NCBI RefSeq assembly: GCF_964204645.1
Contig: NC_134029.1
Span: 8,210,850 to 8,274,849, forward strand
Length of the DNA stretch: 64,000 bases
Direction: 5' to 3'
Origin: Tubulanus polymorphus
Lineage: Eukaryota > Animalia > Nemertea
Part shown: positions 25,753-37,963 of the stretch, in pieces
How positions within the stretch are numbered: position 1 is the first letter of the stretch
Layout of the letters: the number at the start of each line of letters is the position of its first letter
Notes under the pieces: generated by a model
Seen by the model: only the letters and a program-made list of their open reading frames with translations
Databases searched by the model: none
Told to the model about the DNA's origin: nothing
Made by a program: the position numbers and the translations under genes

Positions 25753-26494
25753 TTAACTTTAACCTTAACCTTAACTTTAACCCGGGGGGGGGGGGTTAAC
25801 TCGATTGGAAATGAATTGAGTTATATCCTTGGGTTAAAAAGTTGATACCAGTCTATAAAACCGGGCCTATAAAGCCATTACTGAGTTACAGTAATGTAAG
25901 TTACAGTTTGTTGTATAAGTGAAGTTGACATTGCTCATAGTCTATCTAGTAGAGCAAGTTCCCAGCAGGAGACATTTGTCATATGAAATGTAATTGTCGT
26001 ATGCGTCATATTTGCGTAGTTTTATGTTGGAAACGATTGTTGTCGCTAATTAAGTTGATCGTTAACGCCTTAGTAGTTGACGATGATATCATTGGAAAAG
26101 TCTAGTATGGTGGCCGTTGGCGAAGTTGTACTAGGTGACACTGCTGGCTAATTACAAACATTGATACTGTTGTCGTCGTCGTCGTGAATTAAGTCAATGG
26201 GAACTGGAACTCCGCGGTACAATCGCGTTTCCCACGTTTATTCCGATTTTTTCGTAATTCATGCGCTATTCGCGCGTAAACATTTTCATAAATTTCTGTA
26301 GCCGTTTGTTCAAACTAGTAGTTTGACATTCGTGGAATCGACATTGTTTTACCGTAGTGTCCTACTTAGCGGCGGAATTACTCTTATTTTTGTTCTTGAT
26401 ATATGTACGATAAGACAAGAAAAATAGTCGAGTAGTTTTCGTTCTCATTCGAGTTTGAGTTAGGCCTGGATTTAGAGGGAAAACTCGTTAGTTT

Positions 26495-26813
26495 GAGCTA
26501 GCATTGTGGGCGAGTGGTTAGAGCGTTTGACTCTGGTCAGGTCATGGGTTCGAACCCCATAGATTACCTTAGTGTCCTCCGGCAAGATACTTAACCTCAT
26601 TGCCTCTCCCACCAAGGAGAAAATGGGTACCTGGCCTGATAGATAACTCCTGAGCGCCTAGTCGTTGCTCGGATGTTACCCCAGGGAGAGATGACTTATA
26701 CATGAAATAGCGTTATAGGCTAGGGGTCATAAGACCAAATTTGGAGCGCATTTGAACTGACTCTGGTTAGGATACCTGCGCTATATAAATGACAATTATT
26801 ACCATTATCATTA
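26495..26813 (+). mobile_element. tRNA-derived SINE with Deu/Nin-like central domain
   Basis: A box TGGGCGAGTGG, B box GGTTCGAACCC, central GTGTCCTCCGGCAAGATACTT..CCCACCAAGGAGAAAATGGGTACC, (ATT)n-like tail, TTAGTTT on both flanks. Confidence 0.85.
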
Positions 26814-27373
26814 GTTTCAACACAAAACTCACACTTAATACTAAATGAGAAAATTGATTTTGTTTGTTGCATGGAATCGCGCAAAATCGTGCGTACATAT
26901 GTACTTTGTGGCCAGGCAATATGCCGCTAGAAGCAAAAACCAGTGAAGGGTACCAAAGGGTATAGCGTTTTTAATTATGAATTATACCAATTCAGCGGTT
27001 GGTGAACTCCTTCGACGAGATGAAGTGAACCCCTAGTATAATTTCGAAGCGTATTCCTAAAATTGGCCTGGTCTGACGGGGGTCATTAGTTTCATCATAC
27101 AAATCACTTATCGTGCCTTCCATTCAGCTAATTGTATCTTACAAGCTCGATCATTAAGTCTAAGGGTCATCGAGGTATAAGATTCGTCTGTTTGTGTCAG
27201 TTGTGCCAATATTTGGTGGGTGATTGAATTGTCCTCGATACCAAATTTGTCCGGTTTCATTAAAATCAGTCCAGTCTAGTCATAGTTGAATCTCCACACT
27301 TTCACGAGAAATACCAGAGGATGACCTTAATTTCATTATTCGCTGTTGCGCTCGTTCGGTGTCAGTGCATTAA

Positions 27374-27660
27374 AGCTGCGATCAAACGGAGACGATTTGG
27401 CTCGGACCAAATTTGACACGGATCAGATGCGAGTCAAATTTGGCCCGTACCTGATTACAAAGCGCGTTCACCACTCGCCATGTAAACCACTCACTTGATA
27501 CTGACCAATGCTTAAACAAAGCGAAGTGAGTCACTTCCGGAACCAGTTGCAATTCACATGTAATCATTTGTCTCGTGCTAAAATTTGGCTCGGGCTCGGT
27601 CCCACGTTTTTGGTCGGCCTAACTAGGCACGGGCTAGAAATGCTTATATCGATCGCAGCT
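27374..27660. mobile_element. AGCCGCGATCACAC-family MITE
   Basis: TIRs AGCTGCGATC / GATCGCAGCT with TAA duplication. Confidence 0.85.
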
Positions 27661-29273
27661 TAACTTGACATTTTCCCCTGCACCCTCAGCTAAATAATTA
27701 TTTTATCCACCCTTCGTGTGTCTACTGGACCTAAAGATAAATGTACTTCAGTATAGCTGTTGAATAATTTCTTAACTAGATTAGTAGTTTCATTTTCACG
27801 CATATTCCATAACAAGATTGGATTATTGTTATTATACCTATGCACTTGAAAATGGCGTGCAATAAACCTAGCATATCACCATTGTTCAGATACGTAATCA
27901 ATATTTCATTGCGGCAATCGAAGTGCTGATATTCATGGCTGTATTTTGCTGAGGCTCTTTTAAAAACGAAAATTCTGCGCTGATAATGAAAAAGTCCGAA
28001 CCGATAGTTTATTGGAATTTCGACTTCAAACTAGTAATCATCTTACGCGATATTGAGTTGACAACAAAATTATGTAATGTGAAAGTGTTGTAGTGGGTCA
28101 TCTATATTAAGATCTACAGAAATAAACAGTGACTATTTCAATTTTCAAACTCAATTGGTTGTTCGTTTAATAGTAAATCTACATAATGATTTTGGTTTTA
28201 ATCGTATTATTTGCTAGAAACGTCTCAAAGAAGTTGTCATTTTTTCTGAGTTAATTACCAGCGGACTGGGGGTAGGGGGTTTTAAACATCCCTAGGTGTT
28301 ATTGACAACCTTCTATCAACGATTAGAATTAATTCTAATTGGCTCCGCGGATGCTTTACCAAATCTATTAACCCGTTTCATTAATCGACATAACATATGA
28401 TAGCTACTACGGCAGAGCATCTAGTGCGCAGTTTTTTTACCTGTGATGCAGTTCGAATCCTGGCAATGGAGAATAATGCTGTCAAGCCGAGATAACGCGG
28501 AGACGATTTGGCCCGTGCCAAATTGGCACAGATCAGACCTGAGCCAAATTTGGCCCAGTTGCAATTCAAACGCAATCGTTTGACCTGGCTTGAAGTTGGC
28601 TTGAACCTGGTCTGACGCTTTTGGTCGGGCTCAATTTGGCCAGGGCCAAACAAACCTGGGCCAATTTGGGACCCGTGTGAACAGTTTTTCTGGGCCAAAT
28701 TTGGCATGGGCCAAACAGGCTTGGGCCCATTTGGTACCCATGTGAACAGTTGTTCAGGGCCAAATTTGGCACGGGCCAAAAATGCTCGTCTGATCGCGGC
28801 TTTAGGAGGATTGAAGAGCCTCTGATCTTTACTGCTATTTCCTACTGAGTTCTATGCTTTTTCGAACACGTAATATTCATAATTAGTTTATAGATGGATG
28901 TGGTGAAATCCTTCTCGCGTAGTACTAGCGGTATCAGTAGTTGAGTACGTATCGTATATAGTAAACGGAGTAAACATATCCGAGAGTCCGTTCGATAAGT
29001 TCTCGTCTCTCGTTCATTGTCGTCGTCGTAAGATGCGTTAATGCGTAGCATGAATGTCTGCTTTTAATTACAAATAAAAGCATCTCATATATATATGATT
29101 ACTAATGAAGCTGAGCGAGCTAGCGTATGCTCACCGCTCACCCCGACTACCTTTATGTCACTTAATCCGTCGATCGATTACGAATGTCGATCGTATCTCA
29201 TCGAGAGAAGGTCGACTCTTTTCAGCTGATTACGTTTACAAGCTTTTTTGTAGTGTTGAAGTTGTTGCGACTG

Positions 29274-29437
29274 TAGTAGACTCCTCTCGAGTCGGAACCG
29301 ATCGACTCGGATAACTGTTCAACTCGGATGATTTTAGATAATTTTTTGTGACTTCAACATCCAACTCGGATATCACTCAGGTCGGACGACACATTTTTAC
29401 GGTCCCAAAATATCCGACTTGTGCAAAGTCTACTGTA
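29274..29437. mobile_element. Tc1/mariner (pogo/Tigger)-like MITE
   Basis: TA-(CA)GTAGACT..GAGTCGGA / TCCGACTT..AGTCTACTG-TA ends, internal ACTCGGAT repeats. Confidence 0.6.
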
Positions 29438-29476
29438 CAAGTAATCGTAATGTCTCCTCAGAAGGAGGGGCACTAT

Positions 29477-29852
29477 AGCCGTGATCAAACGGTTGATGAT
29501 TTGGCCTGGGCCCAATTGGTACGCATCAGACCCAAGTCAAATTTGGCTCGTGCCTAATTAGAGAGCGCATTCAAATGTAAACCACTCACTCGATACTAAA
29601 CAATGCTTAAACAAAACGTAGGAGTGACTTCCGGAATCTGTAGCAATTCACACGCAATAAATGACCTGTGCTGAAATTTGGCTGGCCTGTCCAAAAAGGC
29701 ACAGGGCCCATTTGGCACCTGTGTGAACAGTTGTTCTGGGCCAAATATGTTCCGTGCCAATTTCCAGGCCACAAATGCTCATGTGATCATGGCTTTTGAC
29801 TCGTCCCTGATCCGTGTGGCCCAGGCCAAATCGTATACATGTGATCGCGGCT
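29477..29852. mobile_element. AGCCGCGATCACAC-family MITE with an extra terminal fragment
   Basis: TIRs plus TAT duplication. An internal end at ~29793 is followed by a second terminal piece. Confidence 0.8.
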
Positions 29853-31681
29853 TATATTGATTAGAATCACTTGACCTACTGAGCACCACTCGGCACAATG
29901 AGCGAGTTCATGATTATTTTCTCCAAATTGAATCTCTGCTGCCCCTAGGACACCGTTTAGGGAAAGTATTGGGAAGGGGGCTGCACCGTATCATTATATC
30001 GCAGCGTAAGGATTGTCGTCCTTGAAATCTCTCAACCCCTGTGGTCAAAATGCTGTACGAATCGTCTAAATCCTCCGAAGCTAACGAATGATTTGATATA
30101 ATCTCATATACATCCTTGATATTTGCGGTGATCAATTCGATAGAATCAGTTCGTGTCAGGATTAATGGTTAAATTGAGCATCCGAGATGTTACGTGTATT
30201 TAGTGACTTCGTCGCGATATCGACCGACTAGATCTCCGTTCGAATGAACAACTTCATCATCGACTTCGTCATCAACTTCTTCGTTCTAATGCGGTTGATT
30301 ATAATAACGGGTTCGATTGAAACGCGCGCATGTCTCGCTACGTTTTTGCTCAATTAGTTTCGACGGGATTGAACTTCGCCGAATGTAATGAATTGGAAGA
30401 GCGAAGTTAATGAATGGTGAAGAATTTGATCGTGAAATTTCCCCCCGAAATGCGGAAGATAAGCCGCGAAAATGTGGAGGGGGTTGATAAACAACCGTAG
30501 CACTGGGATAATATATGCAAAATATCATCAATTATTCGTTGGATCTCTGGTTTTGGCCTGGATAACGTATGAGTCCAGGTGGTCACTTACCTGGAAATCA
30601 GGGAATAGTCTTGGTGGGGGAATTTCGTCAAGAAAGCTAGAAAATCAGGGATAAGTCAGGAAAATTTGTTGAGACAGCTAAATCAAAATCAAACAGCTTC
30701 CATTTTATCTGACATGTTTGACTTGTGTTGATTGATTGGGATTCATAGCAGATCTAGTCAGGGAAGACATGCATGGCAGGGAGTAATCGGGGAATAAACC
30801 GGAAAAAGCAAGTCAAATAAAAGTGGCCACTCTGGAGTTGAAACCTGTATTTGAAATTCATTTTCATGGTGGCCATATTCGGAAAGAAAACCCTGATTTT
30901 GAATTGCATTCATCAACCTCGATACGACTCGTACGTGGGCCTATGGTGTGCCGTTATTTGTTAATATTCCACTATGTTTGACAAGCGCTGCAATCTTTCA
31001 CAAGAGATAAAAACTAATTACATCAGTACACCACGGTGCGGTGTACCAACAAGGTCTATCATTGATTTATACCTTGCACTACGGTGTAATGCACTGAAAG
31101 GGTTAAGAAAATGGACACGAGATTGTAATTGCAATTACGTTATAGCGAACTTTACGACTTTCTAAATCTGTCATGGCAACTGGAACGTTTAAATTGTTTG
31201 ATTGTGAATTCAAAACATCCTCAACTAATTAGCTCTAAACGCTCGCAATGAAATTCATTGATTAGCAGCGTTCAATTTCACTCGTGGCGATAAGCACGCG
31301 TACGGTTACGGTTTCATGCAGAAACAATCGTAACCATGACGCTGTTTAAAACAATTACCCCCGTAAACGGTCGCCACTCATCGGGCGTTTACTTGTGCCG
31401 ACACGAACTTCCCGCGAGCGAAGTCGAAACGAAATGAATGAAGATCGACTCGCGCAGGAAATCCGTGAACCTGTTTAAATTTACCGATCTCCTGTCGTTA
31501 GCAACCGTTTCGCATGCGCGTCGTGTTGACGGTAACGCCGAATCCATCGATGAAAACATGGACGCGTCGGATGAAAACGCGACGAGGAGAACGCGACATC
31601 TGCTGTGTGGACAGATTGAGCGCGAATCAACGGAAGAGAAGTGATTTTCCGTTCGTGAGACATTGACGGAATGAGACGAGA

Positions 31682-31955
31682 AGATACACAATATCCGTGT
31701 AAGATGATAACAAGAGAAATCCCACAATAAATTCAGCCTAAACGAGAAACTTGAGTAGAAGAGTTATATATATTTGCGCAACGTTTCGGCTTAAGACTTA
31801 GCCATCATCAGCCGTACTGAATGATGAGGCGTACTGAATCATCAGTACGCCTGATGATGGCTAATAGTCTTTAACTGAAACGTTGCGCAAATATATATAC
31901 TCTTCTACTCAAGTTTCTCGTTTTGGCTGAATCTATTGTGGGATTTCTCTCGTTA
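31682..31955. mobile_element. Penelope-like palindromic insertion carrying hammerhead cores on both strands
   Basis: ~104-bp inverted arms (31708-31955), 26-nt tail, diverged ~21-bp flanking direct repeat ACATTGACRGAATG..CGAGA, CTGATGA..GAAACGTT motifs. Confidence 0.75.
31776..31815 (-). ncRNA. Minimal hammerhead ribozyme motif (PLE type)
   Basis: Minus strand: CTGATGA-T-GGCT(AAGTCTTA)AGCC-GAAA-CGTT-GCGC. The mirror copy on + (31846-31888) has stem I CGC/GCG but a damaged stem II. Confidence 0.55.
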
Positions 31956-33616
31956 CATTGACAGAATGCGCGAGATATAAGATTGACTCGACGTTTGATG
32001 TGTCTGTCCGCCGATACCAATATTGACAACGCGATGTCTCCGCCGTATCGGAAGACAGTAGAAACGAATCCATCGTCTTATGTGTATAGATCCTTCTAAT
32101 CTCGATCATTATCCGTTTCGTCTCTACAAAAATCTGATGTCTGAAAATGAGTTCTGTCATCTCTCGCCTGGAAATTATTGTAATTTACTGCTAGTCAACC
32201 GAGAATTTGACCAATATCTGTTTGACCATTAAAGCAAACCACGAACACAGATTTCTAGTCTAGAACCGAAAGATTTTTAATCACGGCCCAGGACTGCATA
32301 GAGACGATTTTAGTGGCTGAATCACGGGCCTAGACGTCAGCGCCACTTCATTTGAGAAGGTCGCCATGTTGATAATGATATGATTTTCATCTTGGGCGAA
32401 GATTGGCTTGTGTTATGGGAATTCACAGTGACTTATCACTTGTTGCTGCGCACACTAGGCAAGGCGACTCTCTAATTAGGCTGGGCCCAAATATGGCCCT
32501 AGCCTGATCCGTGCCAAATCGTCTCCGTGTGATCACGGCTTATGATGTCATCGAATACCATCACGACTTTTGCTAATGATCGTGGTCTTTGGATGATCGC
32601 ATGCTAACGATTTTAAAAGGCTTTCATCGCGTAGACATTGCCATCGTGACCGGCTGCATTCTTGTCATCGGCGCGGCGTAATGGACTAGTCGTGTTCGCG
32701 TGTAATGTCACGACTCGGCGTACTCTCGTAAAACTGTTGTTAAACTTTTATCTGGTGTGGTCTCTTCACTGGCATCGATGACGACGTCGACCTACGTGAC
32801 AAACCCAACAACGATATCTCGTGCCGGTAATCTATCCGCGGACAATCTTGGCAGACGGCCGTCGGCGCCGACAGTTTTCCCCGCACAAAACTCGCCGCAA
32901 TCGGTGGTTAGATTTAGCGATGGTGAAGCTCGATGAAATTGAATCCTTATCTTCATCAGCGATCAACGCAATCTACGACTGCAACGGATCGGTATTTTTA
33001 TTTGAGATGATAAAAACGATATAAAGGTTTAGATTGTGATGACCATTCTTTATGATTTTCTGGTTTTTTTGCTTTGCTTGTTTCTAGTCTGACAATTCTA
33101 GCTTAGGTCTCTATAGCCAAGGTCGACTTATGGCCAGATCAGATCGTCGTAAGAACAGGGGTAGTGCACACACATGACCGATGATAGCCGATTAATTTGT
33201 CTCACGATCTTAAGAGTATTTTAAGAAAATCACTTTATAAGTCACGTGACACAATACTTGTCGCTGATTGGCTACGACATTAAGTGAGTGTGATTGTTGA
33301 CCGAGGGGTAAGGACTCGTATAAGTCAACTTTTGACTTCTCCTTACTCCTCGCACTATATGTTGTTACTCTGAATATAATGTATATTGTGTCGACATTTT
33401 TTGTAACAATTTATTTTGCAAATAAATTCATTCATAAATTTATAAATTCATAAGATCAGTCATAGGAAATAGAACTTCTATCCTTATGATTCAGCTTATG
33501 ATCAGTCTGTGATCAATCCGACGCGGTTGTAAGTATAGCGCACTCATCGTCGTCGATAAGGTTCTGGATTAGAAAATTGCAGACTTGACCTCTTACGAGT
33601 TGAACCGAGATCGGCT

Positions 33617-33937
33617 TATAATAATAATTGATATTTATATAGCGCAGGTATCCAAACTAAAGTCTTGTTCAAATGCGCTCCAACTTGGTATTATTACCCC
33701 AAGCCTATAACTCTATTCCATGTATCAGACATCTCTCCCTGGGGAGAGGTAACATCCGAGCAGTTGCTAGGCGCTCAGGAGTCATCTATCAGACCAGGTA
33801 CCCATTTACTCCTGGGTGGAGAGAGGCAATGAGGATAAGTGTTTTGCCCGAGGACACTACGACAATGTATGGGGTTCGAACCCACGACCTGGCTTTCCAG
33901 AGTCAAACGCTCTAACCACTCGGCCACACCGCTCCAC
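33617..33937 (-). mobile_element. tRNA-derived SINE, second copy (antisense)
   Basis: Minus strand reads GTGGAGCGGTGTGGCCGAGTGGTTAGAGCG..GGTTCGAACCCC..TCTCTCCACCCAGGAGTAAATGGGTACC..GCGCTATATAAAT..(ATT)n; aligns with 26495-26813. Confidence 0.88.
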
Positions 33938-34632
33938 AAATGTAAAAACATGGACGTTTAATCTATTTTATACGAAGACCTATACGTTATACATGTAATG
34001 TAAGAAACCGCAGTCGGTTTGTAAAATAATGGCAATTTTTATGACTTCACAGAATATCACGAAGCAATGACATTTTACAGTTTTGCGCGTCTACTTTAAC
34101 CGATTGTCCGTATCAATAATTCACTGTCATTGCTTTTTGCCCTCGAGAGCAGCATCGACGAGGACGCATATATCGATGTTTTCGAATCATCGTTAAATCC
34201 GGTACACGGAATTCTTAATGAATGATGATTGATCAGCGGTGTTTATGTTGTTGTACACGGCGTTTTCTAACGGAAAATAAAACGATCGCGTCGATTGTCG
34301 TCGTGTCACGCAAATAGTACTCTTCTTCCCCGATCATCGGAAAGAGTGCGTAGCGACGGACGATGTTTGCGATCGGAAAGTAGCACTTAGTTCACCGGTG
34401 TCTACGGATTTTCGATTGTTTATCGCAATTGATATGAAGAGATAGAACCGGCCGCATTTCATTACGTGATCAATTGCTTATCACACAGTATTTCGTCGTA
34501 TAGTATCGTTTCCTGGCTCTAATGGAATAGATACCTTGTCACTTTAGCAGATGTCAAACTCGCGTATATTTCCCATGTTGAACTTGTGCGCGAGATAGCA
34601 CCATGAAATTTCGACTCAATAGTCCAAGGGCT

Positions 34633-34871
34633 AGTTGTCGAATAAACACAAGAATCCGTGTATACTGTAGATAAATGAAGAAATCCCACACTTCGAATTT
34701 AAGATTATACGATCAAATTTATTATTATGAAACCACAACGTTTCGGCTGTTAACTAACAGCCATCGTTCTTCCTGATGATGGCTGTTAGTTAACAGCCGA
34801 AACGTTGTGGTTTCATAATAATAAATTTGATCGTATAATTTTAAATTCGAAGTGTGGGATTTCTTCATTTA
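34633..34871. mobile_element. Penelope-like palindromic insertion, young
   Basis: ~94-bp arms with one mismatch (34672-34871), 39-nt tail, TAGTCCAAGGGCT duplicated at 34620 and 34870. Confidence 0.8.
34773..34810 (+). ncRNA. Minimal hammerhead ribozyme core (PLE type), stem I partner missing
   Basis: CTGATGA-T-GGCTGTTA-GT-TAACAGCC-GAAA-CGTT-GTGG. Confidence 0.55.
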
Positions 34872-34951
34872 GTCCAAGGGCTGCAGTCGAAAGTTGGTTA
34901 GAGTTAACCGTGGATAGTTGACATTTTGACAATTAAAAGTTCATAATTACT

Positions 34952-35238
34952 ATCACAGGGATTTGTCGCAATTGATAGTGAATGAATAAAACCAGTATCA
35001 ATAACCAACCACAGTATCCCTGCGTAATGAAAAAACAGAAGCGGAAAGTATTGTATTAAGGCTTATTTCATGTGAATCGGTTTTTAGAATTTTTGGAATT
35101 ACAGGTGATCGAAGTGGAGAGGTCATTTTCAGTTGACAATTAGTTGCCACCCTTGTTTTTTATTATACAGGGATACTATGGTTGGTCATTGATACTGGTT
35201 TTATTTATTCACTATCAACTGTGACAAGTCCCTGTGAT
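34952..35238. mobile_element. MITE with ~85-bp TIRs and 4-bp TSD, nested in a GGGCCAGTTG-type element
   Basis: TACT|ATCACAGGGATTTGTCGCAATTGATAGTGAAT.. / ..ATTCACTATCAACTGTGACAAGTCCCTGTGAT|TACT. Confidence 0.75.
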
Positions 35239-35725
35239 TACTTAATGGTATTTATCTTTACTATGGTATTTATCCGCCGGTTATCTTTAACCAACTTTTG
35301 AGCAACTGGCCCCAGGATGATGTGTTTTCTGGATACAGTTAGATATTGCATAGATCATAAGTATTTAAAAATGATGATAGGTTGGCGTTATAATCTTTCT
35401 TTGTTGGAAATTATTTTGATTCAACAACGGTAACTTATGCTTGAAAATGATCAAAGGTAGCCATATAGAGAAGAAAAGGAGGAAAAAGGAACTTTGCCAA
35501 ACTGTGTGATTGTCTGCCCCTTTTTTCATTTTTATTAGCTTGATTGGCTAAAAATTTACTTATTCATGCACCCTACAATTGTTCTTCTATTAATAACGTT
35601 AGTTATGAAAATATTCTTAGAAAAATTAGCTCGTTTTTGGCATATCTATATTCATGATATTTCCTTCCTAATATTAACCATCCAGCCCAGTAGTAAAGAC
35701 ATGTGACTACAAACTCACCCCTTAA

Positions 35726-36005
35726 CCCTTTCAGTGCGTCTACACCGCAGTGCGGTGTATAAATCGGTGATGGATTTTGCTAGTACACCGCGGTGCAGTG
35801 TAATCAGGAATTAGTAATTATCTCTCTTGAAAGATGGTAGCACCTGTCAAACACAATGAAATATTAGTAATTAACAATACACCGCACTGCGGTGTAGACG
35901 CAATATGGTGCTATTCCCGTTATTCAACACACTAGGATGGAATTTTCCCAAATTTTCACATTTTCTCAAGCACTATAGGGTATTAATTAGTCAGCACGGA
36001 AAGGG
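35726..36005. mobile_element. piggyBac-like MITE
   Basis: Same family. TTAA on the left, ATAA on the right. Ends 86 nt before NCX exon 2. Confidence 0.88.
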
Positions 36006-36091
36006 ATAATCTATCCTTAAGTCATATTCCACAAATGAAACCATTCACTGTCGCCCGGAATGTTCACCGAATCTGATTTCTTTATTTACAG

Positions 36092-36189
36092 CACGTTCGA
36101 GTGGTAAGGTCTGGATCTCAAGCATTCGTTCACGGGCCTTCGAAAGAAATTCAAGCTCTACAGCAAGAAAAATCTCACAAACATGGCAG
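36092..36189 (+). CDS. NCX: NCX coding exon 2 (98 nt, phase 0 to 2): HVRVVRSGSQAFVHGPSKEIQALQQEKSHKHG
   Basis: Acceptor ttctttatttacAG, donor CAG|GTTAGT. Supplies exactly the phase 0-to-2 shift needed to join exon 1 to the downstream exons. Confidence 0.75.
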
Positions 36190-37207
36190 GTTAGTGCACG
36201 TCGTTATTGTTTATGACCCTGGAGCAAACATTCGTAAAAACATCAATTCATCGCTAAAAAGCTCGGGTAATGATTGTAATCCAGTTATGAGAAGCTTATT
36301 TTAGATAAGGTCTGAGTATTTTTGAATGCGCTCTAGCCTGAGGCTTCTGCTGCTTCACGCGGATAAATTTAGAGTCATTGATATGGTAAAATTTGGATTT
36401 CTGTATGCTGGTTCAGTCGATGCGTGAGCTAGAATAAACGCATTTATGGATTTTAAAAATACATTTGTGATAAGATCTGGGTATTTTAGTCGTGTACACT
36501 TTGGGTAGAAATATCGCTATTGATCTGCCACACCCTGGTAATACCATGGGAACACAGACGGGGATTGGCGTGGATGCCGACTCGGTCGTAAGGCCCAACC
36601 TTGCGTCAGTGTAACAAATACAGAAATTCTGATTTTTTCTACCCGTAACCGTTTGATATCTCATTAGAATCCTGTGCAGAAAGTACAGCAGTTCCTCTTT
36701 AAGAATGAGATTTAACCAGAGTTTTTAAAGTACGGTGACGCCTTATTTCTTTAGAAATTAATTTCAAAAAAAAATCATAAGCCCTCACTGGCGGTGTGCC
36801 TATGGCACTCCCCAATAATTGATCTGCTAGATGTAGTTCTAAATGCGTTTCATCAATCACTTGCTGAATGTGGCTGACGAATACATTAGTAACATAATGC
36901 TTGGGCAGACTGTAAGGTGATTTAGTAACGAGCACAATTTGTGCGTAGATCATGTCTTGGTTTGAAGTAAAAAACTAAAAAAGCATTCAATCAGATTGAG
37001 GGTGACATTTGTTATTAGACGGGCTCATCAAATTTTCTGATATCATCTGAATGATTTTGTTTGATGTTGATATTGTACCACTCATCCAGTTTTGCTATCA
37101 TGATCTATGATATCGAAATCCCTTCCAATGATTTGGACAAGCTTAATTGTCGATGTGCCCGCTTAGGGTGATGTTTTGTTTTCATAATTTTTTCAATCCA
37201 ATTTCAG

Positions 37208-37258
37208 CCGCACAAGTTTGAGCATCGAAGCAGGAAGTCGACGAAATTCGGCAGTTCC
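37208..37258 (+). CDS. NCX: NCX 51-nt symmetric exon (phase 2-2): (S)RTSLSIEAGSRRNSAV(P)
   Basis: Long T-rich tract ending atttcAG, perfect GTAAGT donor, open frame, length divisible by 3. Confidence 0.7.
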
Positions 37259-37598
37259 GTAAGTGAAAGCATGTTTCATCGCCTTTTCCGTATAAACGGT
37301 CTTATCCATCTCCTTATATCATGTTTTATCCATATGCCTTATCCATATACTTCGGTTGATAAGTATGAATATGTTGTCTTAACCATCTTTGGCTAAGCTT
37401 AATCCTGGCTTGACTAATGACATCGGTTGGTAAATCTGTACCGGAGCCTAGTGTAGACATGATATTATTTTCCCAATAGCTGCGATCACACAAACATTTT
37501 TGGCCCAGAAACGTCGACACGGGCCTAATTACTATGTGTGAATTGCAGCATTGTATAGTACGGTAAAACCCGCTTAATCCGGATTTTCGTCTAACCAG

Positions 37599-37929
37599 CA
37601 TGGTTCCCACAGAACAGGGAAATTGGGAAAAACTTGGGAATTTTAAAAATAATAATTCCCGGTTTGGTAATATTTGAAAATTTGAAAGATTTTCCTCAAA
37701 TCAGGGAAATATTTGGGAAATTCATTACATTTCATGTATTGCATTTGCCAAGGGCAACTTTCTTCAGCGATTTCCCTTGAAAATCACCTTTATCAACCAG
37801 TCACCGCTGAAATGTTGACTGTTGAATGACGATATGTGTTCATTTCCATTTGGGAAAATTGAAAATTCACCCATGAAATACTTGGGAAAAACTTGGGAAT
37901 TTTGAATTCATATGACAGTGGGAACCATG
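37599..37929. mobile_element. CATGGTTCCCAC-family MITE with 6-bp TSD
   Basis: TIRs CATGGTTCCCAC / GTGGGAACCATG, AACCAG duplicated. Confidence 0.85.
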
Positions 37930-37963
37930 AACCAGATTATATTTCCTATCCATAGTTCATTAA

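Noticed and set aside
25753-25800. Telomere-like (TTAACC)n followed by a G run
   Set aside because: Only a few degenerate units, inside a MITE next to a TTAA target site; not a canonical telomeric repeat.
33865-33937. tRNA gene (A/B boxes, CTG anticodon-like loop)
   Set aside because: The acceptor and anticodon stems do not close, and the sequence continues into a SINE body with a second diverged copy at 26495.
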